Shown one piece after another: positions 1 through 13,850 of a stretch of 64,000 nucleotides of DNA. Below the pieces are notes generated by a model that worked only from the letters and a program-made list of their open reading frames with translations, ran no database searches and was not told the origin of the DNA. Each line of letters opens with the position of its first letter. The first letter of the stretch is position 1. Made by a program: the position numbers and the translations under genes. Origin of the DNA: Eledone cirrhosa (taxonomy: Eukaryota); contig OZ024740.1 in the NCBI GenBank assembly GCA_964016885.1, positions 395,250,001 to 395,314,000 of the forward strand. Direction: 5' to 3'.

Positions 1-1082
1 ACAGTGTGGGCTGGGCACTTTTTGTTGTGACACTTACATGACCACTTTACAGTGTGGGCTGGATAGTTTTTGTTGTGACACCTACATGAACATTTTACAG
101 TGTGGGCAGGACACTTTTTGTTGTGACACCTACATAATCACGTTACAGTGTGGGCTGAGCACGTTTCGTTGTGACACCTACATGGCCACTTTACAGTGTG
201 GGCTGGGAATTTTTTGTTGTGACATCTACATGACCACTTTACAGTGTTGGCTGGATACTTTTTGTTGTGACACCCTCATGACCACTTTACAGTGTGAGCT
301 TGGCACTTTTTGTTGACACCTACATGACCACTTTACAGTGTGGGATGGGCACTTTTTGTTGTGACACTTACATGACCACTTTACAGTGTGGGCTGGATAG
401 TTTTTGTTGTGACACATACATGAACATTTTACAGTGTGGGCTTGGCACTTTTTGTTGACACCTACATGACCACTTTACAGTGTGGGCTGGGCACTTTTTG
501 TTGTGACACTTACATGACCACTTTACAGTGTGGGCTGGATAGTTTTTGTTGTGACACCTACATGAACATTTTACAGTGTGGGCAGGACACTTTTTGTTGT
601 GACACCTACATAATCACGTTACAGTGTGGGCTGAGCACGTTTCGTTGTGACACCTACATGACCACTTTACAGTGTGGGCTGGACACTTTTTGTTGTGACA
701 CCTACATGACCACTTTGCAGTGTGGGCTGGATACTTTTTGTTGTGACACCTTCATGACCACTTTACAGTGTGGGCTGGTCACTTTTTGTTGTGACACCTA
801 CATGACCACATTACAGTATGGGCTGGACACTTTTTGTTGTGACACTTACATGACCACTTTACAGTGTGGGCTGGGCATTTTTGTTGTGACACTTACATGA
901 CCACTTTACAGTATTGGCTGGGTGCTTTTTGTTGAGACACCTACATGACCACTTTACAGTGTGGGCTGGACACTTTTTTTTGTGACACTTACATGACCAC
1001 TTTACAGTGTGGGCAGGACACTTTTTGTTGTGATACCTACATGACCACTTTACAGTGTGGGCTGGGCACTTTTTGTTGTGAA
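1..1082. repeat. 48-bp minisatellite (~22 units, runs off the window start)
   Basis: Unit ACAGTGTGGGCTGGGCACTTTTTGTTGTGACACCTACATGACCACTTT. It translates to the 16-aa periodic MTTLQCGLDTFCCDTY ORFs. Confidence 0.95.
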
Positions 1083-1199
1083 ACCAACTGATTTTCAGTA
1101 ACTTCTTTTCTTGTTGCTTAATAGGTATTTCTGTGGCCAATCAATTACATCATCAGATGGTATGAACATAATAGATATAGTTAAGTAATCCATACTGAG

Positions 1200-1860
1200 G
1201 CACAGATACATACATACACGTACATAACATGAAAGATTACTGGTGGAATGTTCCAGTAAAACCCCAATAAAATGCAGGCATAACAGACCAGATATTATGA
1301 TATGGGACATTGAGAAGAAAGCATGCACAGTAGTGGAAATTAGCTGCCCAGTAGATGCCAATATAATATCAAAGATTAGCGAAAAGGAGAATATTTATGC
1401 AGAACTGGTGAGAAATCTGCAGATACTCCACCCTGATTACACCTTCAGATTTATGCCTGTGGGCACTGGGGCTCTGGGATATGTTAGTAACTGCCTCAAT
1501 ACAAATCTTGAGAAGCTAGGTTTCACAGGAACAGAAAGAACACAACTAGTTAGGAAATTACAAGTACAATCCATTAATGGAACAGTTAAAATATGTAAAA
1601 CATTCCAAACATTGTGCATCTAATAACTGCATATACACATGTACAGATACAAAGCATATACACATGCACACATACAACTCAAAACATCCACATCCACACA
1701 TACAATAACATCCATATCTACACATGCATGCAGACATACATACATATCTACCTAGTTGATGTTGTGTAAATTCCAATGAGAGAGTCTTGTGTCTATGTTA
1801 GAAACTGGCTCTCTCTCTATTGGGAAAAAATTAGGGAAATTATAAAACCAGAAGAACATA
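1200..1860 (+). mobile_element. 3' fragment of R4/Dong-like non-LTR retrotransposon (restriction-like endonuclease + 3' UTR)
   Basis: ORF 1243-1623 has HNRPDIMIWD..VVEISCP..EKENIYAEL..MPVGTGALG, a PD-(D/E)xK RLE C-terminus. A second copy lies at ~23610-24225. Confidence 0.8.
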
Positions 1861-1934
1861 CACACGTACATACAAGCATACATGCATGCATATACACACA
1901 TGCATACATACATACATACGTACATGCATTTACA

Positions 1935-2115
1935 GTATTGGTAGAGCGTCAGACACCATGCTTTGCAGCATAGAGTTATGGCCCTTTACGTTCTGAGTTC
2001 AAATATGGCCAACGTTGACTTTGCCTTTCTTCCTTACAGGGAATAAATAAAATAAAGCACCAGTAATGCACTGGGGTAATTGCTGGCCTTATGGAAAAAG
2101 TAGAAACAATTATTA
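1935..2115 (+). mobile_element. SINE family B copy
   Basis: GAGTTCAAAT B-box, GACTTTGCCTTT..ATAAAATAAAG.ACCAGTAA body and GTAGAAACAATTATT tail; many copies in the window. Confidence 0.8.
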
Positions 2116-3345
2116 TCACAGTTTGCCTCTGCATACTTCACTGAAGTTTAAGATCAAAACGCCCATGACTTTTACCATATTAGTGTTAATACAATGTCCA
2201 CATACAGCATTCTTTGAAATATTTCAAAAAATCTTGGATAAATTCTGACTGTAGGAGTTTTCTCCTTTGCTAGCTTTCCTTATGGCCTGTTAAATGTCCT
2301 TGTGAGAGGATAAGCTAGAAATATGCCTATTTATGTTATTTACTATGCCTTTAAGTATAGGGTGCTGGAACCTTTGTTGATATAAATGGTTTCCTCAGTT
2401 AGTTTGGGATGGGTGTAGTGTTGGGATGTTATATTTGAATTCAAAGTTATATCACAAAGATTAACTGTCTTTGGTATAGTATTTACTGTGATCGTAAATC
2501 TGAACTGTTTATCTGTTTAACAGCTTTCACAATTTTTCTACACCATACTCCTTTAAGTTATGGGTGGCTGTTCCAGAACCATCGTTCCAATATACTCCTA
2601 TGTCAAAGTTTTCTAACTCACTATTCAGTGTATATATAAATAAGCTACTCAGGTCAGTTACTCTCAATTTATGTAGACCATACATTGTTACTTAAAGATC
2701 ACAAGGAACCCTAGTTAATAAGAATTAACTGATGCTATGAATATTAGGTTCAGGGTAGCCATTAACCTAAGCCAATAGAATTATAGCAGTACTGCCATCA
2801 AATGATTGAATAATATTGAAACACAGTGCAACAATCTAAGGTCCTGACTTCAGTCATGATGATTAAATGAAACTAAAAAGCTAAACTCTACGTTTTAAAA
2901 AGGATTAATGTTTAACATATACAGATATTTTTTCAATATTCAAATACCAATCAAAATTATCTCCATAAGAATACATAAAATCCTTTAAAATTTTCTTTCG
3001 CTAATGCAATTTGCCAATCAGCAAACTCTTTTATGAGTCAATTGAAAGTATGGCACTCAATACAAACAAATGCATACATCGTAATTATAATCCTCTGGAG
3101 ATGTTTTAAGATCATGCTGCCATATATTAAGAATAAGGTCAAGTGATCTTGAAATAATGTTGTCAACTTGGAATAATCTAATTATTGTAATTGCCATTAA
3201 TAACAAATTAGCCCATAAAATATACAGAAAAATATGATGTATTGAAAACATAATCTATTAAAATACAATTGAACAAAGCAATATTTTGAATATGTTCTAT
3301 ATTATGTTTGTGTGTATACATACATGTATATGAACATAGTAAGTA

Positions 3346-3349
<4 letters not shown>

Positions 3350-3423
<74 letters not shown>
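3350..3423. repeat. (TG)n microsatellite
   Basis: Pure TG run. Confidence 0.98.
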
Positions 3424-3428
<5 letters not shown>

Positions 3429-5459
3429 CAAATACACATCGGATACAAATATATTTCCTCTAATTCAACAACAGAGTTAAAGGAGTTTTGCATCAGTGAA
3501 AATAAGTTTGTAAACACATACAAAAATTACTCCTGAGGGAGTTGTAGGGGCGCCATATTGATTTACGGAGTTTCTTATGGCATTTTTAAACCTGACATAT
3601 ATATATATCAAACAAAAGATTGTATCTACTGGATAATGAATATTTAGACTCTACAATTTGTTTTGTGTCAATTTTTCTGTTAATGTCTGATATTTTTAAT
3701 CTTAAGTACACATATATTAACCATGGTTTGTGTGTGGGGAAATATTAAATTCATATATATATAATCATACATTCACTGTAAATATAATCAGTTTAAACTG
3801 GGAACAAAATCAAATTTATATGTTAAAACCTCATGATATTGTCAAAAGATGTACTATGAATTTGTAATGGCCACGCAAGTTTTCAAGATATTATTTGCTA
3901 ATCAAATAACTGTTAAAATCTTTAGAGAAGGAAATATTTGTAGATAATTCTAATTGGTTTGTTTATCTCAGTAGAATCAAATTAACTTTTGTCAGGTTAT
4001 TATTTAAAGTTCTTCAGGCAAATAATCAGAGTAGTCAAACAAGTTATTTAATCTTCAACCAGAATTAAAATTGAAGCAACAGAGGTGAATGTTCAAAGTC
4101 TGGTGAGTGTAAACTGAGATTATCTCTATATACATCAATGAACTGCAAGTGTGTGTATGTGTGCTGGCATATGTGTGTATGTGTGGTGTAGTATGAGTGC
4201 ATAAATACACCAGGAGCATATATATCCACAGTATGCCAAGTGTACACAATATGTTCACAAATATCATTTGATATTGATTAAATGCCTTTACTCATTTTAA
4301 ATATTGTATTATCAATTTATTACAAATCAAACCAGGTGTTTGTGACAGTGGACACAAGTGCACTGGACAGTATTCCATACAGCAATTTGATTTTCTTCAC
4401 TATGTTTAAATTTGATGGAAATAAACATTACCTTTTATCAGATTAGGGTAAATGATACAATTACCACTAATGTAAGATCACTTCAATGTGTCTGGTCAAA
4501 AGAAATGTCATCATTTGCTTCATTATCATTGTTATCCTCATTTTACATCCATTTTCTATGCTGTCATGAGTTACACAGAATCTTATAGAATAAGTCAGTA
4601 CTTGATCAGAGCTACTGTTTTCATAGATAGATTGGCAGACCACATTCTATTTTTTGTGTGGTTTCTATGGTTGGATATACTTTCTAGCTACTACCCCTTT
4701 AAAGTGTGTGCTGAAGGTATTTAATCACAACAGCAGCTGTCATGTCCTTGACAAGACTGAAGAGTCATCAACACTCTATGCTGTTGCTTTTCAAATTCTA
4801 TCCACTTCACAGAGTGTATTTAGTGCATTTCATTATTGCATCAACACTAGAGAGGTAGCCTTGTCTTCAGTAAGACTAATGAGTTCTCTCCACTCACTGT
4901 AATTTCCGGTCTTGCAAGGTAAACCTGTTCACAAAAGAGAATAGAAGAGAAATGATGACCAAAGGAGAAAGAGATATATGATTATGAGTGTGATGGTAGA
5001 AAGAGAGTGATAAGATTAAATGTAAAGAAGTGATGAGAGAAAGAGAGCAATGCAAGGAAGTGACGTCAAAGAGAGTGAGGAATAGTTACATACTGGTTGT
5101 TAGAATGTTGAATAAATAACAAGATAATTATGAAGAGAGAGCAAGGGATGCATAGTACCAATGTTGGCAAGAATGGTAGATGTCAACCAGGAACTACAGG
5201 AAAGGTGATATTCAGTGGCAGGCAATGACAAAGAGGAGGGAGAACTATGGACAGCAGTGGAGGAGGATGTTTAGGGATGCTGAATGTGATCAGATCAAAT
5301 GTCTTCCCTTGTAACAACACTGTCAGAGGGAAAAATATTTGGAATGAAATACAGTCTAGCAATGAAGAGAATAGTGATAATGAGTGATGGAGATGGGGTC
5401 AAGAATAGACAAATAAAATACTACACTTCATTACATTAATAGGAGTATTTTTGTCTTGC

Positions 5460-6010
5460 TTGAACTGATGGGCATATCTTCTTTACCATTGTGTGTCACT
5501 AATCATCGCAATCCTTTGTCCTCTCCATCAAGATGTTTAGGTTTTTTAGGTCAGGCTTTACTACTTCACTCCCATATCTTCTTCCACAGGTCCACACATT
5601 TCAAGTGCTCAGCAATTCTTACTCCTTAATTGATATCCACCATACATCACATGCTTATACAAGTGAAGCCTCTTCTTTTGCATGCTCCATCTGATTCCTC
5701 TTATACCTAGATTTTCTCTCAACTAATCCCAACTATTCATTTTAGCTACTGGAAATATTATACATTCAGTATCCATATCTTGTGTATTCCAGCATCATAC
5801 AGCATCATACAAAAACACTTCAATGCCAGCAGAGGTAACAGCTCTCAAAAAAATTCCCACCGAATTCTTATTCTGGCTACTATCAGTACACCCACCACCA
5901 ATTATAATTAGATCCTTAGGTAAAAGAAGCTATTAACTACTTTCAGTGTACTTTCCAGGCATTTGAGGGAATTTTCTTTGCATGTGCTTTTACTGCTAGC
6001 TATTTTTATA
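5460..6010 (-). mobile_element. Degenerate RTE LINE 3' fragment
   Basis: Reverse complement resembles the RT thumb region (..GIRGIR..RRL.WYGHV..) of the RTE copies at 16.6 and 57 kb; many lesions. Confidence 0.55.
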
Positions 6011-8348
6011 CATTTCAATATATGAAGTCCACCTCTTCTGTCACCATATGCCACTAACCATCTTTCTCTCTCCTTCATGTGACTCTTGGTTGTGATCTAC
6101 CACTACCACCACCAATACTTGTTATGATCTGTTCCTCACTCTCTCCTCTTTACATTCCTCTTGCTATTATTTGTTCAACCTTCAACCAGTATGTAGCTAT
6201 CCCTCACTCTTTCTGCCATCACCCCATCATATACAATCATATCAATCACTGTATGGAATTTCTACCTACTTATTTACTGCATATCAAGCACAGCCACTAT
6301 TCTGATGGTATTAGGGTTGTACAGTGTGCAAACCTGTCGAAGATCATTTTCAGATTGAGGAATACAAAATATGAGCTTATGCCTAAAGTATTTCTCCTGC
6401 AGTTGTCTCTCTAAGAAAAGATAAATTAGATAATGTGATCTTTCCTACATGCCCCTAAAATGATGGGATGTTCATGACTGGAAAAGCTTTTGATCAAATG
6501 TCTGCTAAATCCTGACTTGAGCCTAAACAACAACAATAATAATTATTACTTCTTAAGCCAATTAATCTCCTTCAATTTTTAAGACATTATTGATGAGAGC
6601 AACTAGAATCAGTTTCCAGATTTCTACACTAATTTTTATAGAACCCACTTTAAGCAGTTACCTAATTCCATTTCCTTCTAATCAGCTCTAAAACAGTGTA
6701 GTAGGTAAATAATCAATCATATATATATATATGTGTGTGTATATATATATTTATATTTTATGTAGAATGATTACCTCCTTTCATCTTTGTTTTAAATACT
6801 TAACTATCAATCTTTATCTCTAGAGTTTTGATTGTGTAACAAAATGATTTTCATCTAAATGTGTCAGTAGGGAATAAACCCTGAAAATGTAACCTTTTCA
6901 AATTGGCTTGTATCTTTGTTGTTGTTGTTGCTTTTGTTGTTGTTGTTGCTGATATTTATTGTTGTTCTTCTTATCATTTTCATTATTATTCTCATAACAC
7001 ATCTTCAGTATATCAAGGATGAAAATAATGAGGATAATAATGTTTATTGTTAATATCATTATAAATATCATCTTTATTTTTGCTATCATAATTGGCATTG
7101 CTATTACCATCACTGTTATCATCATTATGCTTCATTACATTCCTTGAAATCATCATTATTACCACCATCATTGCTATCACTCTAATTTTTCACATTATCA
7201 CTATCATCCTTTCAATCCTTCTCCTCCTCCAATATGTGTGAGAAAGGATCCTGTATTTTGAATGCTTGTATGTGTATGTATGTGTGTGTATGTATGTGTG
7301 TGTATGTATGTATGTGTGTATGTATGTGTGTGTATGTATGTGTCAGTACACATGTCTGTCAGCTGAAGATAGTACAATTGTGGATTGGTAAGCTCTCACC
7401 ATCATCATAATCATCTTTGATTACATACATTTTTACATGCTTACATGGGTGGGATAGGTCTACTTTAGCATATCCTCTTGTTGGGATCAAGACAACATAC
7501 ATACTGCAAGGCATCATGCTTTAACAATTCTGCAAATCCACTGCCCTCAACTGGTATTTCATTTTTATTTTATCAACCCTGAAATGATGAAAAGAAAAAA
7601 CTCCCATTAAATAAATACATAAATAAACAAACAACAAATTAACAAATGGAGAGTTGTGACTGGCGAAAATTATCATCATCAACAACAAAAAAAAAGCCAG
7701 AACAGGTTACACCCTACAGTTTGGAAAATATAATAACACATTAGATACTGTTGTCCTAGATATACTATGTCTGAAGAAAGATGATCATGATTGGGATTTC
7801 TTTGATCCTAAGTAAGGGCTGCTGACCTGAGGTGAAGCAAGAACAGCCCTAACAGCAATGTAATTCTCAACTTAAAACGGTCAAGCTGACAGATTGTAGC
7901 ACGATTTGAATTTATGACCTTCATAGCACTAGAAATCTATTTTGCTTTTATAACCATTGAGTCACTTTCTTTCTGCTTACCTGCCAAGCCCAACACCACA
8001 TACTGCCACACCACATCACATCATACCATATCACTACCACAAATAGTCAAGGAGTGAGTAGCAAAACTGAGATAAGGTTATTTCAACTTTAATAATAATA
8101 TATTCTGGCACACCAAAGAAAGCCTCGGCCAACAGCAACCAACAGCAACTTTCCAAAATTTCTCCCTAAGGTAATTAGAAGAAAGTTTTATTGCCAAATT
8201 CTCTCAATAACATCAATACTTATTTTAAAGTATTTTCTGGAAAAGTTTCACAAATTTGTTTTGTTAATTTGCTTTTTGTCACACACACACACATGTATAT
8301 ATATATATATATAATTACCATCATCCTCATTTAACGTCCATTTTCTCA

Positions 8349-8468
8349 TATATATATATATGTATATATATGTATATATATATGTATATATATATATATG
8401 TGTGCATGTGTGTGTGTATATATATGTATATATATATATGTGTGTGTGTATATATATATGTATATATG

Positions 8469-8536
<68 letters not shown>

Positions 8537-8600
8537 TAAATACATATATATATACACATATATATATATATATATATACACACACATATATATATATATG
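8349..8600. repeat. Compound (TA)n/(TG)n microsatellite
   Basis: Seen directly. Confidence 0.97.
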
Positions 8601-9825
8601 TACATTACATATTATTTTCCTTTTCAAATTAGATTTTAGAGGGTGAGGTGTAAGTCAGATTTACAAGTTTTTCCAACTAGCTTTTGGCATTGTATTATGG
8701 TTTGTTTAGTTATTTTAGTAGTGAAAGAAACCAAAACTGCTACCTTGATGGATTTCAGAAAAACTCCTCAAAATAATTTTACGTAAATTTTACATGATTT
8801 AGTGCCTCATACTTTGAGATGATATATTGCTTATGTACAGTAATATAGATTAGCTAATGTTTCACTTCAAATGATATCACTGTAACTACTTCTGTTTTGT
8901 TAATCATGTGATATGGACAGTGTACAGGACTGTGGCAGGCTTTACTAGTCAAGTGAGATAGAAGTGAATGGTTTTTAACTTGCTCATCTCTAAATAAAAT
9001 TCTGTTGAGAAAACTAGTGGTGGCAGTCTGTGTCAGCAAAAATCAGTTAAAATATGGGCAAAGTTTTATGGAATCTAATATTTTAGGTAGGTCCTTTATT
9101 AAAAGAGGGAAGAAAAATGAACTTCTGTTGGCTGACGTCTACAAGAGAAACAGGAATAGAGGAGAGAGAGAGAAATGGGTGGTTGCAAATCTAGAAAGAA
9201 ACTTTGTTGAGAGTGTCGAACACAGGAATTGAGAACTGGTATGCCAGGCAAGCCTTGAACAACAGTATATGTAGTTAGCCAACCCAAAGTAGCAGAGTCC
9301 ATTATAATATCAACTACAGCTAATCAATACACAGTAGTAAGTGTCATTTACCATAATATATATGACAGACTTCTGCACAGTTTCCATCTACTAAATTCCA
9401 CTAACAAGGTATTGGTGAACATGAAGCTATAATAGAAGACATTTGCCCAGGATTCCAGGCTGTGAGGTTGGACTCAGTATCATATGGTTGAAATACAAAT
9501 TCCTCAATGAGGAACAAATACTATTCTTAAATTGTTCTTTCATCGCAAGGAGTATATCAGGTGAATTCAGACACTTTTTCTGGTCATAAATATAATTAAT
9601 TTTACCTGTCTTCTCTTCCTGTTTCACTTCCACTCTTCAAAATATATTTTCAGTATATTCTCAGAAAGATAATGGTAATAAATTATAACAGCTATGAGAT
9701 GTTCATCTGGAGTATGGTAAGTGATAGTAAATTATATTAATTGTTTGTATGTTGGTACAAGCCCAGACATTTATAAAAGAGGGTTGTAGCCAATTAAATC
9801 AATCCTTTGGCTCATTTTCTCCTTA

Positions 9826-9918
9826 CCTGTACTTGAATAAATTCAACAAGCAAGAAGAAATGTTCTTTTGTGATTCACAGCTGCTATGATTTCTGCTCTG
9901 ACTGGATCCAATTTATGT
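9826..9918 (-). CDS. Candidate exon, GHKLDPVRAEIIAAVNHKRTFLLAC*
   Basis: Acceptor aattttag|GA and donor CAG|gtaagg. Phase 1 fits the candidate exon at 11581-11723. The stop falls just before the donor. No homology recognised. Confidence 0.3.
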
Positions 9919-11580
9919 CCTAAAATTACCCATATCCAGCAATGACAGTGAAATTACTTCCATTGCCCCTAATTGTTTTGGTCAGTAAAATGTATGTGAG
10001 GGCTAGAGCATTTACTTGTTTGTGTTTAAGTGTCTGAGTGTTATTGGAGATGTCAAAGTTGGTGTTAGAGATGTTCTCATTAATGTCACTGCCTACAGAA
10101 ATGTCATTATTTTTTTTTTCAGAATATATCTGTGCTGTTGTAATCATTTTCTTTTGAAGGCACGTGGCTTGGAGGCTAGGGAATTGTATTTGCAATCATG
10201 AGGCTGCAAGTTCGATTCCTAGATCAGACAATGTATTATGTCCTTGAGCAAGACACTTTATTCATGTTACTCTTTCTGTCAAGAGATGCAACCCATAGAT
10301 GGTCTGATTCGATGAGTTCCACAAGGATCTTGAGGACCGATTCAATCAATTGTTTTCTTAATGTCCCCCAAATTTGTTTGTCCTGATTAAAATTTTGAGG
10401 GGTGGGGAGAGAAGCCATTATCTTTTTTTACAAATGTAAATGAAAACATTTTCTTCGTAAATTTAAGTCTTTTCTCCCAAATGTAAAAATTGGAATAAAC
10501 AGTTAAACAGCATCTGAGGTTAAATTTCTGCATTAAAAAAAATACGTTTCTACTTAATTTCTTTACATGTCTACATATTGGAAAAACAAGACTCAAATAT
10601 TACAACATCAACAATAATGGTAGTAGTAGTAATGACTTCTTTTATTGACATGAAGGCAACAGATGAGAGGGACATTACAAGGGTATTTACAAAATAGGGA
10701 CGAGGATTACATCAAAGATTAAGAACAGGCTTGAAGAAAAATCAATAAAAACATACAATGAAACTGTCCCAAAAGGAGAGCAGCTACTTAGAGCCATTCA
10801 GATTATCACATAGATCCTATTTTACTTTGATCTCCAATGATATGTACCTTCACTCAGTTGGGATTTGCAGGATACTGCAACATGTTCCTTCAACCAAGAT
10901 ACAACCATCACACTCACCCAAATTTCCAAAAACATTATTGGAGGAAAGCACTTCCCATTCCAATTTCACCTCCCTTTAATAGTGATAATTGAACTAAAAA
11001 ATGTTTTACCATTTACAAGAGTCCTAAATTATTCCTATTAATTAAGACTGTTATTAGCAATCAAATAGTTCTTAATTATTTTCTTTTGTTTCTTTTGTAC
11101 ATATACACTAAAAATAGAGTTTATCAGCCCTCGTCCCAACATTGTTGAATAACTAGAAATTATGTGATCACCACTCCTACTCATAAAAATGTAAAAACAA
11201 AAAGTAAGAAAAACTGTATATAATAAAGTAAATATAATAAGAGGGAGTTAGTTACTAACTAGAGAAAAACAGTGGTTATTACAGCTGACATTTACCTCAT
11301 TTCATTCTTCATTCCTCTTTGTTCTTGTGTTTTGCTAAAACATATTCACAAGAGTCATTCTGATTGGTTCATTTGTTTTGTTTCATTTTAGGAAGAAGAA
11401 CTATTTTATGTTTAATTATTTTGTAGGAAGAACAATAATTAAAAGTAAAATTTGTAGTGACTAGCGCCAGTCACTATTCAACTGTAGAATTGTATATTTT
11501 GTTAGTAATGAAAATTATAAGAATCAGAATTCCAATCATAAATACATATTTCAGTCTTTGCAGGAACAAAGAGAAAATAC

Positions 11581-11723
11581 CTTGAAAAGGAAGAATTTTC
11601 TGCAAACATTTAAATTTGTGAAAATTTGTAATAATTCTGAAGAAAATATTTTTGTACCAAAGAAAACTTTTAGGTGTTCTCCCAATATAAGAATATGGAG
11701 AAGATGGTATATTTTCTGCTAAC
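11581..11723 (-). CDS. Candidate exon, LAENIPSSPYSYIGRTPKSFLWYKNIFFRIITNFHKFKCLQKILPFQ
   Basis: Acceptor tatttctaag|G, donor CAAG|gtattt, open frame in unique sequence. No homology recognised. Confidence 0.35.
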
Positions 11724-12774
11724 CTTAGAAATACATACAAACAAATGAAATTAGGACTAAGGTCTGAAATAATAGTAACCCAAATAATAATATAAAAATT
11801 TTCTGCAGAATTTCTTCTACCAAAATTTATTCAGTTATTGTTGATCCACTGCTATATTAAAGACTCAACATATCATTGCTAGCTTATTGTTGCTGGTTGT
11901 TACATTGTAAGCTTACCTGTCTTTACTAGACAATTGCTCATTAGAATGGATTCTCTTGTGATTGTGTGATTATCCCTTCAACAAGGAATTTTAACACAAA
12001 ATGTAGAGAGTTGAAACATATACTATTTTGTTGGATAATCTTACAATTCCACCAACCCACCACCTTGGACTGGTAGTTAATTTATCTACACTGAAAGGCA
12101 AAATTAACCTGAACAAGATTTCAACTATGAGCACATCGAGCCAGAACAAATACAGCAAGACAGTGTACCAATCAAATATGGTTTCTGTGTTCCTATAACT
12201 GTTGTTTTTGTTGTTGAGTTTAATCTCAATTGAAACCTGATCTAGCAAATCTATAATCAAAAGCTGTGATCGTTTTGTGAATATTTTTCAAGATGTAGTG
12301 TATCTAAATTTAAAATATTTAACATGCCTTTCCTTTCTAAAAAAGGTGATTTGAAGAGAATTAGTCGTTATTTCTAGCAGGCTGAGTGATTGTATGGAGA
12401 CTCCCTTATTGATTTGTGAGTTCTTAAGAGATTATATTTTCAATATTTCAAAAACATTAAGTGACAATGAAACAATGTTTTTCTCTATTTACAAGAAACA
12501 TTAGAATTGATAAGGCAAACCGCCAATGACGACAAGAACATTAGAATTATATTTGAAAAGTAAAAGGGTATAAAACAGTGTATTCTAACAGTGTAGCTAA
12601 GTGCACTATGAAGATAATATAATTATAACTTGAAAAACACAAGAAATACAAACAGAAATTTTCTATATAATGTCTTAAAAACTATGGTTTATTTATTGAA
12701 TAAAGAAGCAATTACTTGAAAATTTCCTGTACTTAAAACTATTTGTCATCCCTTTCATAACTTTCAGCTTTTAA

Positions 12775-13150
12775 AGATCATCTTTCACTGCATCTTCCCA
12801 TGGTTTCTTCAGCTCTCCTCTTTTGCAAGTCCCTCCCACTATGATTCCTTAGCACCATTTTACCTAACTGTTATCATCCACATTTTTTACATGTATGTAT
12901 CAAGGGATCTCCTCTTGTGTACACTAAATCTAATTCCTATCATATTCAGCTTTTCTATCAGTTTATTTTGCTCTATCATTTATGAGCCCTAATGTAACAC
13001 ATTCTGTGTATACTTATTTTATTTATTTCCAGTTTCTCCAATTCAGTGGCTATGTTTCATAACCATAAAATATAGCACTTTTCATTATTTGCCTTTTACT
13101 CAGAAAGAGAGAATCCTTTTCTCAGCAGACGTGTAAGCTTCCTGAACTCT
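12775..13150 (-). mobile_element. Highly degenerate RTE LINE 3' fragment
   Basis: Similarity by eye to the RTE 3' coding end and tail. Confidence 0.45.
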
Positions 13151-13769
13151 TCTTATTGTTTTCTTTGACTTCTAAGTTGCGGCAGTTTTTCTTAATGTTA
13201 TATAGCAAAAATAAACCTCATGTTAGGTTGATTGACTCAACTTTACGTTTGTCTGCCAAAAATATTAAACCATAAAAACCACTAAAAAATCAACACCTGC
13301 ATAAATGATAGTGTATTGTAGTGTGTACTGTATGTACGTTAAAGTACAGCACTTGGGAATGCCTATTAGTGGTTTATAAGAGGCGTGGGGAATTCAAAAT
13401 TTGTCATTTTTCAACTGAAGCCTTGAGTTCTAAAACCCATTAACAATGTAGGGTGAAGTATACCTATACTATATAGAATTCTTATCTATACCTTTCCTGT
13501 ATATCGATCATAGCTACTTCCCAGTTTGCAGAAATCTTTTGCATGCTTTTCTGCAAACACTTTTGTCTTTGCTAGATTTACTTTTAGACCTCTTGAATCT
13601 AGGCTTTGCTTCCATGTTTGGAACTTTTTATTTAATATTTTGTCTGATTCTGTCATGAAAACTAGATGTTTGACAGGTAGGAGTTATCCCCCTCAAGAAC
13701 TATAATAAACAGGAAAGGACTGATATTTGAGCCATAATAGACACATACCTGCATGATAAATCTATTACT

Positions 13770-13850
13770 AAACCTGTGCTAACTTTCACCCTGCTGACAG
13801 CACTCCTGTACATGGCTTGCATGACTCTTACAAGCCACTCATTTACACTG
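13770..13850 (-). mobile_element. RTE reverse transcriptase fragment
   Basis: Reverse complement reads VNEWLVRVMQAMYRSAVSRVKV, a typical RTE RT segment. Confidence 0.6.

Noticed and set aside
38-900. Cys-rich repetitive ORFs (MTTLQCGLDTFCCDTY)n; CRISPR-like appearance
   Set aside because: These are translations of a 48-bp minisatellite with no unique spacers and with frameshifts. It is neither a gene nor a CRISPR array.
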